Assembly: GCA_017991515.1 (NCBI GenBank)
Contig: JAGOQI010000004.1
Span: 1 to 60,809, forward strand
Length of the DNA: 60,809 nucleotides
Origin: Minisyncoccota bacterium
GTDB lineage: Bacteria; Patescibacteriota; Minisyncoccia; Phycocordibacterales; UBA9973
Direction: 5' to 3'
How positions within the stretch are numbered: position 1 is the first letter of the stretch; each line of letters opens with the position of its first letter. The position numbers and the translations under genes were made by a program. Below the pieces are notes generated by a model that was given only the letters and a program-made list of their open reading frames with translations, was not told where the DNA came from and made no database searches. Positions 51,386 to 60,300 of this stretch are shown here, one piece after another.

Positions 51386-52906
51386 ATGAATCCTATCTTA
51401 CTCGCTATTGGTATGCTTCTTGCCGGAGGTATCATTGGCTACAGCATACGAGCTGTCATATTTATCATTCGCAAAAACTCTTTAGAACTCTCTGTTGGAG
51501 AGCGTTTGATGCATGCCAAAGAGCAAGCTCAGAAAATACTTGATGAAGCTAAAGAATCTTCTGCAGAGCTCTTAGAAGAAATTCGAGAAGAAGAAAAACA
51601 AAAAGACCAAGATTTTAAAATTACTGAAGACAGATTGATAAAAAAAGAATCTTTACTGGACCTTCGCCAAAGCGAGTTAGACTCTCGAGCTAAAACACTT
51701 GAACAAAAACTTTTAAATGCAGAAGCGCTAACTAAGCAAGCTAAAAACTTAGCAGAAGAAAGAATTCGGGTACTTGAAAGTATTGCAAACTTTTCACAAG
51801 AAGATGCTCGTAATGCTCTCATTATAGACACAGAGAAAAAATTTGAAGAAGACTTTGCTATTCGTAGTACTAAACTCCAACATGGCATGGAAGATGCACT
51901 CAAAGACAGAGCCAAGGAAATACTGATGACGGCAATACAGAGACTCTCTGTTCCGACAACCAACGCACTAACCACTGCTAGTGTCGCTATCCCAAACGAT
52001 GAAATAAAAGGAAAGGTTATTGGAAAAGAAGGAAGAAATATAAGAGTATTTGAAAGAGATTCTGGTGTAGAGCTTTTGATAGACGAATCCCCTGGCTTTA
52101 TTGTTGTCTCATGTTTTGATCCGGTTCGTAGAGCTATTGCTACCAGCGCCCTTGAAGCACTGGTCAAAGACGGTCGTATCCAACCAGCTCGTATAGAAGA
52201 AGAACTCGAAACTGCCAAAAATAATATTCATGAAATCATGAAAGAAAAAGGCTCTGCTGCAGTTTATGAATGTGGTATTTTCAACCTTGACCCTAGGGTT
52301 GTAGCTATCTTAGGAAGGCTCCATTATCGAAGTAGTTATGGTCAAAATGTTTTACAGCACTCTATAGAAATGGCCCATGTCGCCGGCATGCTCGCTACTG
52401 AGCTTGGGGCAGATGCTTATATTGCCAAGGCTGGAGCACTTGTTCACGATATTGGAAAAGCGCTCGACCATGAATTTGAAGGAACTCATGTAGAAATAGG
52501 AGTGAAAATGCTTCGCCGTTTTGGAACAGACGAACGCATCATTTCTGCTATGAAAAGTCACCACGATGACTGCCCTCATGAATCTCTTGAAGCAGTAATA
52601 GTTCAAACAGCTGATATGATAAGTGGCTCTCGCCCTGGAGCAAGACGCGATACTGCCGAAATGTATCTCAAGAGACTGGCAGAACTTGAAAACTTGGCCA
52701 ATGCTTATGAAGGAGTCGAGAAAGCTTTCGTTTTGCAAGCCGGAAGAGAAATAAGAATCTTCGTTCACCCACAAGCTATCTCAGATTTAGAGTCCAAAAA
52801 CTTAGCACGAAACATTGCCCTAAACATAGAACGCGACCTTCGCTATCCAGGACAAATCAAAGTGACCATCATCCGCGAAACAAGAGTGATAGATTACGCG
52901 AGATAG
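51386..52906 (+). CDS. rny: ribonuclease Y
   Basis: N-terminal TM helix, coiled coil, KH (GKVIGKEGRNIR), HD domain (HSIEMAH..HDIGK). Confidence 0.93.
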   Translation: MNPILLAIGMLLAGGIIGYSIRAVIFIIRKNSLELSVGERLMHAKEQAQKILDEAKESSAELLEEIREEEKQKDQDFKITEDRLIKKESLLDLRQSELDSRAKTLEQKLLNAEALTKQAKNLAEERIRVLESIANFSQEDARNALIIDTEKKFEEDFAIRSTKLQHGMEDALKDRAKEILMTAIQRLSVPTTNALTTASVAIPNDEIKGKVIGKEGRNIRVFERDSGVELLIDESPGFIVVSCFDPVRRAIATSALEALVKDGRIQPARIEEELETAKNNIHEIMKEKGSAAVYECGIFNLDPRVVAILGRLHYRSSYGQNVLQHSIEMAHVAGMLATELGADAYIAKAGALVHDIGKALDHEFEGTHVEIGVKMLRRFGTDERIISAMKSHHDDCPHESLEAVIVQTADMISGSRPGARRDTAEMYLKRLAELENLANAYEGVEKAFVLQAGREIRIFVHPQAISDLESKNLARNIALNIERDLRYPGQIKVTIIRETRVIDYAR

Positions 52907-52907
52907 T

Positions 52908-53294
52908 TTAAGGCAATAGCCCTAATAATGACATTAACTTACCTTTTATCCCACTTTTGGGTGGGGTTTTTTCGTGTAGCTTTTGTTTAAGCAACTCTAC
53001 TTGTTTTGATAAAACAGTAGCATTTTCATCGGCATTTTTAATCTCACTTGGTAAAGCATCTTCTTCGATTCTATCAATACTTTTATGAAGATTTATGTCA
53101 TGTATTTTCTTATTTTCCAAAACATCTTCTAGTTCTGCTTTCACTTTAGCTATTTGATTTTTTAGATCTTCTGGATCCTCTGGTATAACTAGCAATTCAG
53201 GTGCTACAACACTCTCTTCGGGTGTATTTTCTTCATCCTTACCATAAAAGTATTCTCTAGTTGCTTTGCTTAATCCTTCGGGTATTTTGTCCAT
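52908..53294 (-). CDS. hypothetical acidic coiled-coil protein
   Basis: 128-aa ORF; TGgTATAAT box (53305-53313) 10 nt upstream of the ATG. Confidence 0.5.
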   Translation of the reverse strand: MDKIPEGLSKATREYFYGKDEENTPEESVVAPELLVIPEDPEDLKNQIAKVKAELEDVLENKKIHDINLHKSIDRIEEDALPSEIKNADENATVLSKQVELLKQKLHEKTPPKSGIKGKLMSLLGLLP

Positions 53295-53342
53295 AATGCT
53301 TAATATTATACCAGTCGCTCTATTGCCTTGCGAGTCGCTTCT

Positions 53343-53351
53343 TGCTAGGAT
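53343..53351 (+). promoter_or_regulatory. extended -10 box (TGcTAGGAT), 6 nt upstream of the ATG
   Basis: TGCTAGGAT-tttaat-ATG. Confidence 0.45.
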
Positions 53352-53357
53352 TTTAAT

Positions 53358-53645
53358 ATGGAAACACCAAAAGTATACTTTGATAGTGAAGAAATAAAAT
53401 CAGGAATTGATAAAGAGGTTTCTTTCTCATTAAACACAGAGGAGGCTCCTGCCTTAAACGAAGATCGTGAAATGTTTATATTAAAATCCAAGAATGATGC
53501 TCTTCAACTTGAAATAAGAGAAGAGGAAGATGCGCTAAACGATCTACTGGAAAAATTGGTTATACTAAGACGAGACAAAGAAGATATAGAAAATAAAATA
53601 TCAGAGCTTCAAGACAAGACAGTTGAAAAAACTACTTTAAATTAA
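53358..53645 (+). CDS. hypothetical acidic coiled-coil protein
   Basis: 95-aa ORF, bounded by a promoter-like box and a strong terminator. Confidence 0.5.
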   Translation: METPKVYFDSEEIKSGIDKEVSFSLNTEEAPALNEDREMFILKSKNDALQLEIREEEDALNDLLEKLVILRRDKEDIENKISELQDKTVEKTTLN

Positions 53646-53652
53646 TCTAAAC

Positions 53653-53678
53653 AAAAACCCCGCAATTGCGGGGTTTTT
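53653..53678. terminator. bidirectional terminator
   Basis: AAAAACCCCGCAATTGCGGGGTTTTT. Confidence 0.85.
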
Positions 53679-53680
53679 GT

Positions 53681-53854
53681 TTATTTTGAACCTTCTAGGG
53701 CTTCTTCGTATTCTTCTTGACTCATAAGAGCAGAAACTCCAGTTTCTGGAATAGTTCTCATTGTTCTAGGATTTCCTTTTGCATCAAAATGCTCTGATCC
53801 TTCAATTTCTACTGCACTTCCTTCAGGTTTTTGATTTGGTTGTTCTAATGACAT
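53681..53854 (-). CDS. small acidic hypothetical protein (57 aa counted from the first ATG)
   Basis: MSLEQPNQKPEGS...; the ORF-track start is a TTG, while the first ATG is at 53854. Confidence 0.35.
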   Translation of the reverse strand: MSLEQPNQKPEGSAVEIEGSEHFDAKGNPRTMRTIPETGVSALMSQEEYEEALEGSK

Positions 53855-53859
53855 AATAT

Positions 53860-53890
53860 TTGACAAATTATTTAAATATGTTAGTATAAT
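53860..53890 (+). promoter_or_regulatory. candidate promoter TTGACA-19-TATAAT for the ClpP-like gene
   Basis: consensus hexamers with a long spacer and a 17-nt leader. Confidence 0.4.
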
Positions 53891-53907
53891 AGCAAATTAA
53901 CTAAGTT

Positions 53908-54381
53908 ATGGCAAGCACTCTCCTTATAGGAAACTTAACTGTTGAAAAAGCTCGTTCTTTTATAAATTTAATTGAAATAGAATCAGAAAAATCTAAAAAA
54001 ATTTCTATCTATATTCATTCTCACGGAGGTAGTTTACGTGCATATGCTGAAATAGCAGAAGCAATGCTCAAACTATCAAAGAAAGGTGTATCGTTTATTG
54101 GGCTAGGTGCAAATACCGGCTCAACAGCAATGCTAATTTTCTTAAACTGTGATGAAAGATTAGTTACTCAATCTTCTAACGGATATATTCACTTACCTGT
54201 CGAAAAAGTACTTGTTTCTAAAGAAGTCAAAGAAAAAGAAACAAAAAAGATTGTTGGGTTTATAGAGAGAAGAACAATAATTTCTGAAAAAAATATATAC
54301 CAATTAAATGACTTACCTCTTTCAGCTAACGATATGGTGAAATATGGTATTGCTACTAAAAAAGTAATAAGCTTTCCTTAG
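53908..54381 (+). CDS. truncated ClpP-like (S14 / Clp-fold) serine peptidase paralog
   Basis: 157 aa; IYIHSHGGSLRAYAEI, GANTGSTAMLIF (compare GMAASMGS), NGYIHLP (compare MIHQP), SANDMVKYGIA; lacks the N-terminal axial-loop region. Confidence 0.55.
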   Translation: MASTLLIGNLTVEKARSFINLIEIESEKSKKISIYIHSHGGSLRAYAEIAEAMLKLSKKGVSFIGLGANTGSTAMLIFLNCDERLVTQSSNGYIHLPVEKVLVSKEVKEKETKKIVGFIERRTIISEKNIYQLNDLPLSANDMVKYGIATKKVISFP

Positions 54382-54387
54382 GTTAAG

Positions 54388-54419
54388 GCCGAATCTATTA
54401 AATATAGGTTCGGCTTTTT
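54388..54419 (+). terminator. rho-independent terminator
   Basis: GCCGAA..15 nt..TTCGGC followed by TTTTTA. Confidence 0.6.
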
Positions 54420-54430
54420 ATTTTTCGCGG

Positions 54431-54436
54431 TATACT
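54431..54436 (+). promoter_or_regulatory. -10 box TATACT, 6 nt upstream of the ATG
   Basis: TATACT-tatgtc-ATG. Confidence 0.35.
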
Positions 54437-54442
54437 TATGTC

Positions 54443-57145
54443 ATGTTAGAAAACAGAGAAACTTTTTCTTCGGGGTCACAAGAAGTATCGCATTTAGCAA
54501 GTGAAGCTCACAAGGCTTACACTATTCAAGAAGGTGGTCCTAAGACTCCAGAGGAAGCAACACTCTCAGCTATAGAAAAATATTCACGTGCAGAAGCTTC
54601 AGAATTTTTACATGAAGCTAGAGTCCTTCCAGAACACCAAGTAGAACATGTTGCACTTAGGCTTAAACCAGAGCCTCATGATAGAAAAGTTGAAGAACTC
54701 TTTGCTACAATGCTTGAAAAAGGCATCAAAAATGCCTTGGATATACTTCGTAAAATGAAAGATCCTCATTTAGAAGACGACTTTCATCGCTTCTTAGTCC
54801 AATATTTACATACTATAGGTGCTGTTCCAGGATTAAAAGAAAAAGACAATTTATATAAAGAACTAAACCACACTCTTTTCTCTGTGGCACTTCCTCCAGA
54901 AACAGAAGAAGTAGATTTCAAAAAGAAAGTTTCTGCCATGGGACAGTTTTATACTAGCTTAGTTTCACTTGTTGGACTTGAAAAAACTGTTTCTTTTGAA
55001 CTTGCTGTTGAACACTCTCGCAAAGATATTGTTGTATATGTAGCCATACCTAGAGAAAACATTGATGGTTTTGAAAAGTTTGTGCACTCATTTTTCCCTG
55101 GTGCTGCCGTAGAAGAAGTAGTGGACGATTTCAATATATTTGGACTCGAAGCACATTCTATTTCAGCTAGTGTTGCTACTTTGAAAGAGTCTCCTTTCAA
55201 ACCACTAAAAACATATTTAGATTTTGATAACGATCCTTTCTCTGGAACCCTCGGAGCGCTTGCACAGATAGCCGAAACAGGCGAAGGTTGTGCTCTTCAA
55301 ATAGTACTTTCTGAAAGTCATCACAAAATAGCCGACCGAAACAATATGATAATGTCTGAAGCCCAAAAAGGTGGAGCTCTTGTGAAAGACCTTTACAAAA
55401 AAGCTACCGAATCAATGCTTGGTTCTTTAGCAAAAGAGGCGTTTTCTTTATTTAAGAAAAAGGAAGAGGAAAAAGAAGAAGAAAAGAAAATAGACACCGA
55501 AGGAATAGAAATGTTCAAAAAGAAAAATGATTCTCGGGTAGTTGGAGCAACTCTTCGTATCATTACTTCTGCTAGTTCTACTGCTAGATCAGAACAACTA
55601 CGCAAATCTGTAGAAGCTTCTTTCGGCCAATACACTTATATCGGTGGTAACTCTATAGAATGGCAAGAATCCAAAAGCACATCTTTACTTGAAACTTGCC
55701 AAGCGTTTTCTTTTCGAACACAAAGTGAAAAACCTTTAGAACTCTCACTAAATGAAGTTTCAACAATGGTTCATTTCCCTACTAGCGTATCTTCTCCTCA
55801 CGAATTACAAAACAGTGGTGGCGCCAATGCTCCTGCCCCACTTGGAGCTTCAAAAAATGCTGATGGTGTATATCTTGGAACCAATACTTATCGTGGGCAA
55901 ACAACAAATGTCTTCTTGGGCAAAGAAGATAGAGTACGACACTGTTATGTTATTGGTCAGACAGGTACAGGTAAAACAACTATTCTGAAAAATATGGCTA
56001 TCCAAGATATCCAAAATGGCAACGGTATTTGTTTTATTGACCCACACGGCAACGATATAGAAGATATCTTGGCAAATATCCCCGCTGAGAGATTAGACGA
56101 TGTCGTCTACTTTGACCCAGCATATACAGCTCGTCCTATGGGACTAAACATGCTTGAATACGATGTAAATTATCCTGAGCAAAAAATATTTGTTATCAAC
56201 GAACTCCTCGGTATCTTCAACAAGCTTTTTGATATGAAAACTGCTGGTGGTCCTGCCTTCGAACAATATTTCCGAAACTCTGCTGGTCTTATCATGGAAG
56301 ATCCAGAAAGCGGATCAACACTTTTAGAGATCAGTCGTGTCCTATCTGACAAGGCTTTCAGACAAATGAAGCTCGCGAAATGTAAAAATCCTATTATCAA
56401 ACAATTCTGGGAAAATGCTGAAAAAACTACAGGTGAGGCATCACTTGCAAACTTTGTGCCATATATCACTAACAAGTTTGACCCATTCGTATCGAACGAC
56501 ATTATGCGACCAGTAATAGCTCAACAACACAGCGTACTGAACTTCCGGGAAATAATGGATAATAAGAAAATACTTTTAGTAAACCTTTCAAAAGGTCGTC
56601 TTGGCGATATCAACTCTCACCTTATAGGTCTTTTGTTAGTTGGGAAAATAACCATGGCTGCCCTATCTCGTGTTGATATGGTTGGTAAGGGACCAGTAAA
56701 TGATTTCTATCTTTATATTGATGAATTCCAAAATGTAACCACTGATTCTATAGCGACTATTTTGTCCGAAGCTCGAAAATACAGACTTTCTCTAACTGTT
56801 GCGCACCAATACATCGAGCAACTTGAAGAAACTATCAAAAATGCGGTCTTCGGAAATGTCGGCTCAATGATTATCTATCGCGTGAGTCCAGAAAATGCTG
56901 CAATTTTCGAAAAACAACTTACTCCAACATTTACTCCTGATGATGTGTTGAAACTCCAAAACTTTAATGCTTATGCAAAAATTTTAGTAAACGGTGTACC
57001 AGAGAAAGCATTTAACCTCAAAATCCCACCTCCACCAAAAGGTAACAACGATATTGCCGACAAAGTGAAGCAAATCTCCTACCTCAAATACGGACGGCCG
57101 AGAGAAGAAGTAGAAGCAGAAATCATGTCTAGATATCAAATCTAA
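54443..57145 (+). CDS. soluble VirD4/TraD/TrwB-like P-loop NTPase with a ~480-aa unknown N-terminal region
   Basis: 900 aa; Walker A GQTGTGKTT followed by CFIDPHGND; Walker B LYIDEFQN; ARKYRLSLTVAHQY; no TM helices seen. Confidence 0.7.
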   Translation: MLENRETFSSGSQEVSHLASEAHKAYTIQEGGPKTPEEATLSAIEKYSRAEASEFLHEARVLPEHQVEHVALRLKPEPHDRKVEELFATMLEKGIKNALDILRKMKDPHLEDDFHRFLVQYLHTIGAVPGLKEKDNLYKELNHTLFSVALPPETEEVDFKKKVSAMGQFYTSLVSLVGLEKTVSFELAVEHSRKDIVVYVAIPRENIDGFEKFVHSFFPGAAVEEVVDDFNIFGLEAHSISASVATLKESPFKPLKTYLDFDNDPFSGTLGALAQIAETGEGCALQIVLSESHHKIADRNNMIMSEAQKGGALVKDLYKKATESMLGSLAKEAFSLFKKKEEEKEEEKKIDTEGIEMFKKKNDSRVVGATLRIITSASSTARSEQLRKSVEASFGQYTYIGGNSIEWQESKSTSLLETCQAFSFRTQSEKPLELSLNEVSTMVHFPTSVSSPHELQNSGGANAPAPLGASKNADGVYLGTNTYRGQTTNVFLGKEDRVRHCYVIGQTGTGKTTILKNMAIQDIQNGNGICFIDPHGNDIEDILANIPAERLDDVVYFDPAYTARPMGLNMLEYDVNYPEQKIFVINELLGIFNKLFDMKTAGGPAFEQYFRNSAGLIMEDPESGSTLLEISRVLSDKAFRQMKLAKCKNPIIKQFWENAEKTTGEASLANFVPYITNKFDPFVSNDIMRPVIAQQHSVLNFREIMDNKKILLVNLSKGRLGDINSHLIGLLLVGKITMAALSRVDMVGKGPVNDFYLYIDEFQNVTTDSIATILSEARKYRLSLTVAHQYIEQLEETIKNAVFGNVGSMIIYRVSPENAAIFEKQLTPTFTPDDVLKLQNFNAYAKILVNGVPEKAFNLKIPPPPKGNNDIADKVKQISYLKYGRPREEVEAEIMSRYQI

Positions 57146-57179
57146 CAAAAATCCCACAATATCAAGCTTGTGGGATTTT
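57146..57179 (+). terminator. rho-independent terminator
   Basis: AAAAATCCCACA..TGTGGGATTTTG. Confidence 0.75.
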
Positions 57180-57180
57180 G

Positions 57181-57189
57181 TGTTATTAT
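57181..57189 (+). promoter_or_regulatory. extended -10 box (TGtTATTAT), 8 nt upstream of the ATG
   Basis: TGTTATTAT-tgagacat-ATG. Confidence 0.45.
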
Positions 57190-57197
57190 TGAGACAT

Positions 57198-58073
57198 ATG
57201 ACATACGAAAACCCACCAAGACCAGATAATAACAATGAGAATTTTGAAGATGTTAATAATGAGCAAATAGAGGCTTTAAATGAAAATACTGTTGTTGTAG
57301 ATCCAAAAGAGATGGAGAAGTTAGAAGATCTTGAAGCAGAGGTTAAATTTAGAACAAGTGATACAGCAGAGAAAATTAGAGAAGCTCAAGCAAAGAAAAG
57401 TAATGTTGATATGGATTGGGATAATAAAACTCAATATAGAATCCCCCCAACCAACCAAAGAGGTTCGGGTCTCAAAAAAATGATGTTAGGGACAGCATTT
57501 ACCCTCTCAAGTCTTTTTGGTTTTGCAAACAAAGGGAAAAATGTAGAGAATGCAGGAGATAGCACTATAAAAAATAATAAAATAGAAAACTTCGCGGATT
57601 CAACAGAAAAATCTAAAGAAGTAGATTTTAAAAAATATGAACAATTTGGTATCTCTCATATAGAAAAATTAGAATCAAATGATAAAGAGAATGACATTTT
57701 CTTAGTTTCTGTTCCTGAGTATAAAAGTTATGGTGATGTTTTTAATGTTTTAAATAAAGCAGGTCTTACTCCTGTGTCTACAGAAAAAATGGATGAGGCT
57801 GTTTCTATGAACCAAGATTTATTTAAAAAAGCTGGCTCAATAATATCTCTTAACGAAGTTGTTAATAAACTTGGTAATCCTAGCTACAGTACAGTTACAT
57901 GGGATAAGAAAGCAAATACTTTTCATGGAGAATCTAGAGAAATACAAGTTATGAAAGCAAAAAAAGGTGAGCAATTTTCAAACTTTGATTCTGACTACGA
58001 TAGATATAACTTTATAGTTAAAGCACCAAAAGAAAAAACTGCAGATTACGAATCTGGTTTAGCAAAAAAATAA
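57198..58073 (+). CDS. hypothetical single-pass membrane protein
   Basis: start moved to the ATG at 57198, because the ORF-track TTG start lies inside the terminator hairpin; acidic N-terminus, one TM helix (MMLGTAFTLSSLFGFA), C-terminal globular part. Confidence 0.55.
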   Translation: MTYENPPRPDNNNENFEDVNNEQIEALNENTVVVDPKEMEKLEDLEAEVKFRTSDTAEKIREAQAKKSNVDMDWDNKTQYRIPPTNQRGSGLKKMMLGTAFTLSSLFGFANKGKNVENAGDSTIKNNKIENFADSTEKSKEVDFKKYEQFGISHIEKLESNDKENDIFLVSVPEYKSYGDVFNVLNKAGLTPVSTEKMDEAVSMNQDLFKKAGSIISLNEVVNKLGNPSYSTVTWDKKANTFHGESREIQVMKAKKGEQFSNFDSDYDRYNFIVKAPKEKTADYESGLAKK

Positions 58074-58077
58074 AAAT

Positions 58078-58107
58078 AAAACCGCCCATCATAACGAAGG
58101 CGGTTTT
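58078..58107 (+). terminator. rho-independent terminator
   Basis: AAACCGCC..GGCGGTTTTTG. Confidence 0.75.
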
Positions 58108-58301
58108 TGTTTTCATAACTTTTTCTTTTATAACAGTAACTTTTTCTTTAATTGCCTACTTTCTTTTATTGTTTTGTAGAATAATATACTTACTACTACT
58201 AATTCAATAAACAATAAAGTGACAAAAAGATAAGTTACTACTATCATGATACGGTATTTAGTTTGAATAAATAATAGCATATTATAAGCTTAATGTCAAT
58301 T

Positions 58302-58329
58302 TTGCATCAAAAAACCCTTGCTATATAAT
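58302..58329 (+). promoter_or_regulatory. candidate HU promoter TTGCAT-16-TATAAT
   Basis: near-consensus hexamers; ~80-nt leader with a stem-loop. Confidence 0.5.
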
Positions 58330-58411
58330 GATAGTAGCGTAAAGCTCTTAGCTTGCACGCTCTGACGAGATTATCAGAAGCAATCCACATTCGTGGAAAA
58401 TTAAACAAACT

Positions 58412-58684
58412 ATGAACAAAGCATCACTTGTTGAACTCGTACACGGCATTGTCGGCGGTACAAAAGTACAAGCTGAAGAAGTCATGGAGAGTATCATCTC
58501 TGCTATTACCAACACTCTCAAAAAGGGTGACGAAGTATCTATAGCTAGTCTTGGTATCTTCTCTGTGAAGACTCGTGCAGCTCGTACAGCTCGTAATCCT
58601 AAGACTGGTGAGCCAGTAAAGGTTGCGGCAGCTCGTGTTCCTCGATTTAGAGCCGCAAAAGCTCTTAAGGACGCAGTTAAATAG
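58412..58684 (+). CDS. hup: HU / IHF-family DNA-binding protein
   Basis: 90 aa; MNKASLVE, GDEVSIASLGIFSVKTRAARTARNPKTGE. Confidence 0.95.
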   Translation: MNKASLVELVHGIVGGTKVQAEEVMESIISAITNTLKKGDEVSIASLGIFSVKTRAARTARNPKTGEPVKVAAARVPRFRAAKALKDAVK

Positions 58685-58713
58685 CATTTCCCCGAGCTCG
58701 GGTACATGTATAC

Positions 58714-58746
58714 AAAATAGCCCTAAAAAGGGCTATTTTGTATTTT
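58714..58746 (+). terminator. rho-independent terminator after hup
   Basis: ATAGCCC-TAAAAA-GGGCTAT followed by TTTGTATTTT. Confidence 0.8.
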
Positions 58747-58750
58747 AAGC

Positions 58751-58778
58751 TTGCAAAATAAAAGATATTTGATATAGT
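58751..58778 (+). promoter_or_regulatory. candidate promoter TTGCAA-16-(TGa)TATAGT
   Basis: precedes the unlisted 59-aa ORF. Confidence 0.45.
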
Positions 58779-58817
58779 TTTCCTTGAACCAATTTTTAAA
58801 ACCAAAAAAAGTACATT

Positions 58818-58997
58818 ATGGCATTTGGAGGAACTATTAAAACAGAGCCGGCTAAAACAACGAGTAAAGAATTCGTAACACTTCACACCGGACAGAAAAT
58901 TGCTAAGAAAAAATATGAAAAAATGCTGAAGGATGCACAAGGAGGTAAGAGTAATCAGCCACCACCCCTCAAAAAACCTGATCCAAGCAACAATTAA
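58818..58997 (+). CDS. small basic protein (59 aa), not in the ORF track
   Basis: my own translation: MAFGGTIKTEPAKTTSKEFVTLHTGQKIAKKKYEKMLKDAQGGKSNQPPPLKKPDPSNN; bracketed by a promoter-like element and a terminator. Confidence 0.45.
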   Translation: MAFGGTIKTEPAKTTSKEFVTLHTGQKIAKKKYEKMLKDAQGGKSNQPPPLKKPDPSNN

Positions 58998-58998
58998 T

Positions 58999-59040
58999 TA
59001 AAAAACCCGACACATAACAATGCGTCGGGTTTCATTTTTC
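58999..59040. terminator. bidirectional terminator
   Basis: AAAAAACCCGAC..12 nt..GTCGGGTTTCATTTTT. Confidence 0.75.
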
Positions 59041-59056
59041 ATAGTTCTAAATTAAA

Positions 59057-60145
59057 TTACAACTGCACAACAATTTCTTTAGGTTTTTTACTTAACCTTT
59101 TAAGCTCCATGACATGAGCTTTTACTGCCATATAATATGTATCGTATTCCACTATTGGAACTCTCCATTTTTTATAAACAGGCATTAATGTTTTTCTTAG
59201 TTCAGGATAATGAACATGAGAAACACCAGGAAATAAATGATGTTCTCTTTGGAAATTTAATCCACCTAAAAACCAAGTAATCAAATTATTATTCACCGCA
59301 AAATCAGCCGTAGTTGATATTTGATGCATAAAATAATCTTCTTCTTTTGTTTCTATAGTTGGGTGTTTTAAACCCGAAACTACATGTGCCAATTGGAAAA
59401 CAGTAGCGATAAGTAAGCTAGTGACTCCAACTACTATTACATAACCAATAACCCACTTAGTAAATCCTACTTTCAGTATAGGAAATACTATAAAAACAAA
59501 GGCGTTGAACGCCTTACCAAACCAAAAAACAAAATGATCTCTTGTAGAAAACTTTATTCCTTCCTTATAAAGGATTTTTCTAGTGAAATACTTTTTATAA
59601 TCATTAAAAAGAATCCACTGAAATAAAAGTAAGCTATAAACTATCATCCAATAAATCCATAGGTGTTGGAATTGATGTATAGACAACCATCCTTGGTCGT
59701 CATGCATCCGTAGAAGTGGCTTTGCTTCAATATCTTCATCATAACCGCTGATATTTACATTGGTATGATGAATAACATTGTGCTTAACAAACCATGTAGT
59801 GTTATTTGCCCCTAAAAAGTTTAAGGACAATCCCATGATATAGTTAAGTTTTTTACTCTGGCTGTAACTTTGGTGTATTGCATCATGCATTACACAAAAT
59901 CCAATACCGGCTTTCACAAATGCCAAAACAATGCACAATGGTACTGCCCAATACCAATCTGGTGTCTGAAAAACCAATAAATAATAAGTTAATACAAATA
60001 AGGAAAAGAGAGCTATTGTTTTTGAGAATAATCTCCAATCCCCTGTTTGTTTCTTTTTTATTAATTGAAAATAGTTGTCTTTAGCTGCTTTTACCTCTCT
60101 GACAAAAGCAGTGTCCATGTTAAATTTCGGAATAGCTATTGCCAT
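59057..60145 (-). CDS. membrane fatty acid desaturase, front-end type (third His box QxxHH), no cytochrome b5 fusion
   Basis: His boxes HDAIH, HNVIHH, QREHH; four or more TM segments. Confidence 0.85.
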   Translation of the reverse strand: MAIAIPKFNMDTAFVREVKAAKDNYFQLIKKKQTGDWRLFSKTIALFSLFVLTYYLLVFQTPDWYWAVPLCIVLAFVKAGIGFCVMHDAIHQSYSQSKKLNYIMGLSLNFLGANNTTWFVKHNVIHHTNVNISGYDEDIEAKPLLRMHDDQGWLSIHQFQHLWIYWMIVYSLLLFQWILFNDYKKYFTRKILYKEGIKFSTRDHFVFWFGKAFNAFVFIVFPILKVGFTKWVIGYVIVVGVTSLLIATVFQLAHVVSGLKHPTIETKEEDYFMHQISTTADFAVNNNLITWFLGGLNFQREHHLFPGVSHVHYPELRKTLMPVYKKWRVPIVEYDTYYMAVKAHVMELKRLSKKPKEIVVQL

Positions 60146-60152
60146 AGTTGTA

Positions 60153-60158
60153 AGTTTA
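60153..60158 (-). promoter_or_regulatory. -10-like TAAACT, 7 nt upstream of the desaturase ATG
   Basis: minus strand TAAACT-tacaact-ATG. Confidence 0.3.
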
Positions 60159-60218
60159 AATTTTTTAAATAACGATGTTTGTTTGAATTAATTGTATCAA
60201 CAAGAAAACATTAAAGCT

Positions 60219-60258
60219 ATTTGACCTCCCCACTAGTTTGTAGTGGAGGAGGTTTGAC
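60219..60258. repeat. REP-like hairpin, copy 5 (CCTCCCCAC-N9-GTGGAGGAGG)
   Basis: arms 60225-60233 / 60243-60252, TTTGAC on both sides, one extra base in the right arm. Confidence 0.8.
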
Positions 60259-60300
60259 ACACACCTTAGAAATGAGTAGTATCAAGAAAAACTTAATGTT

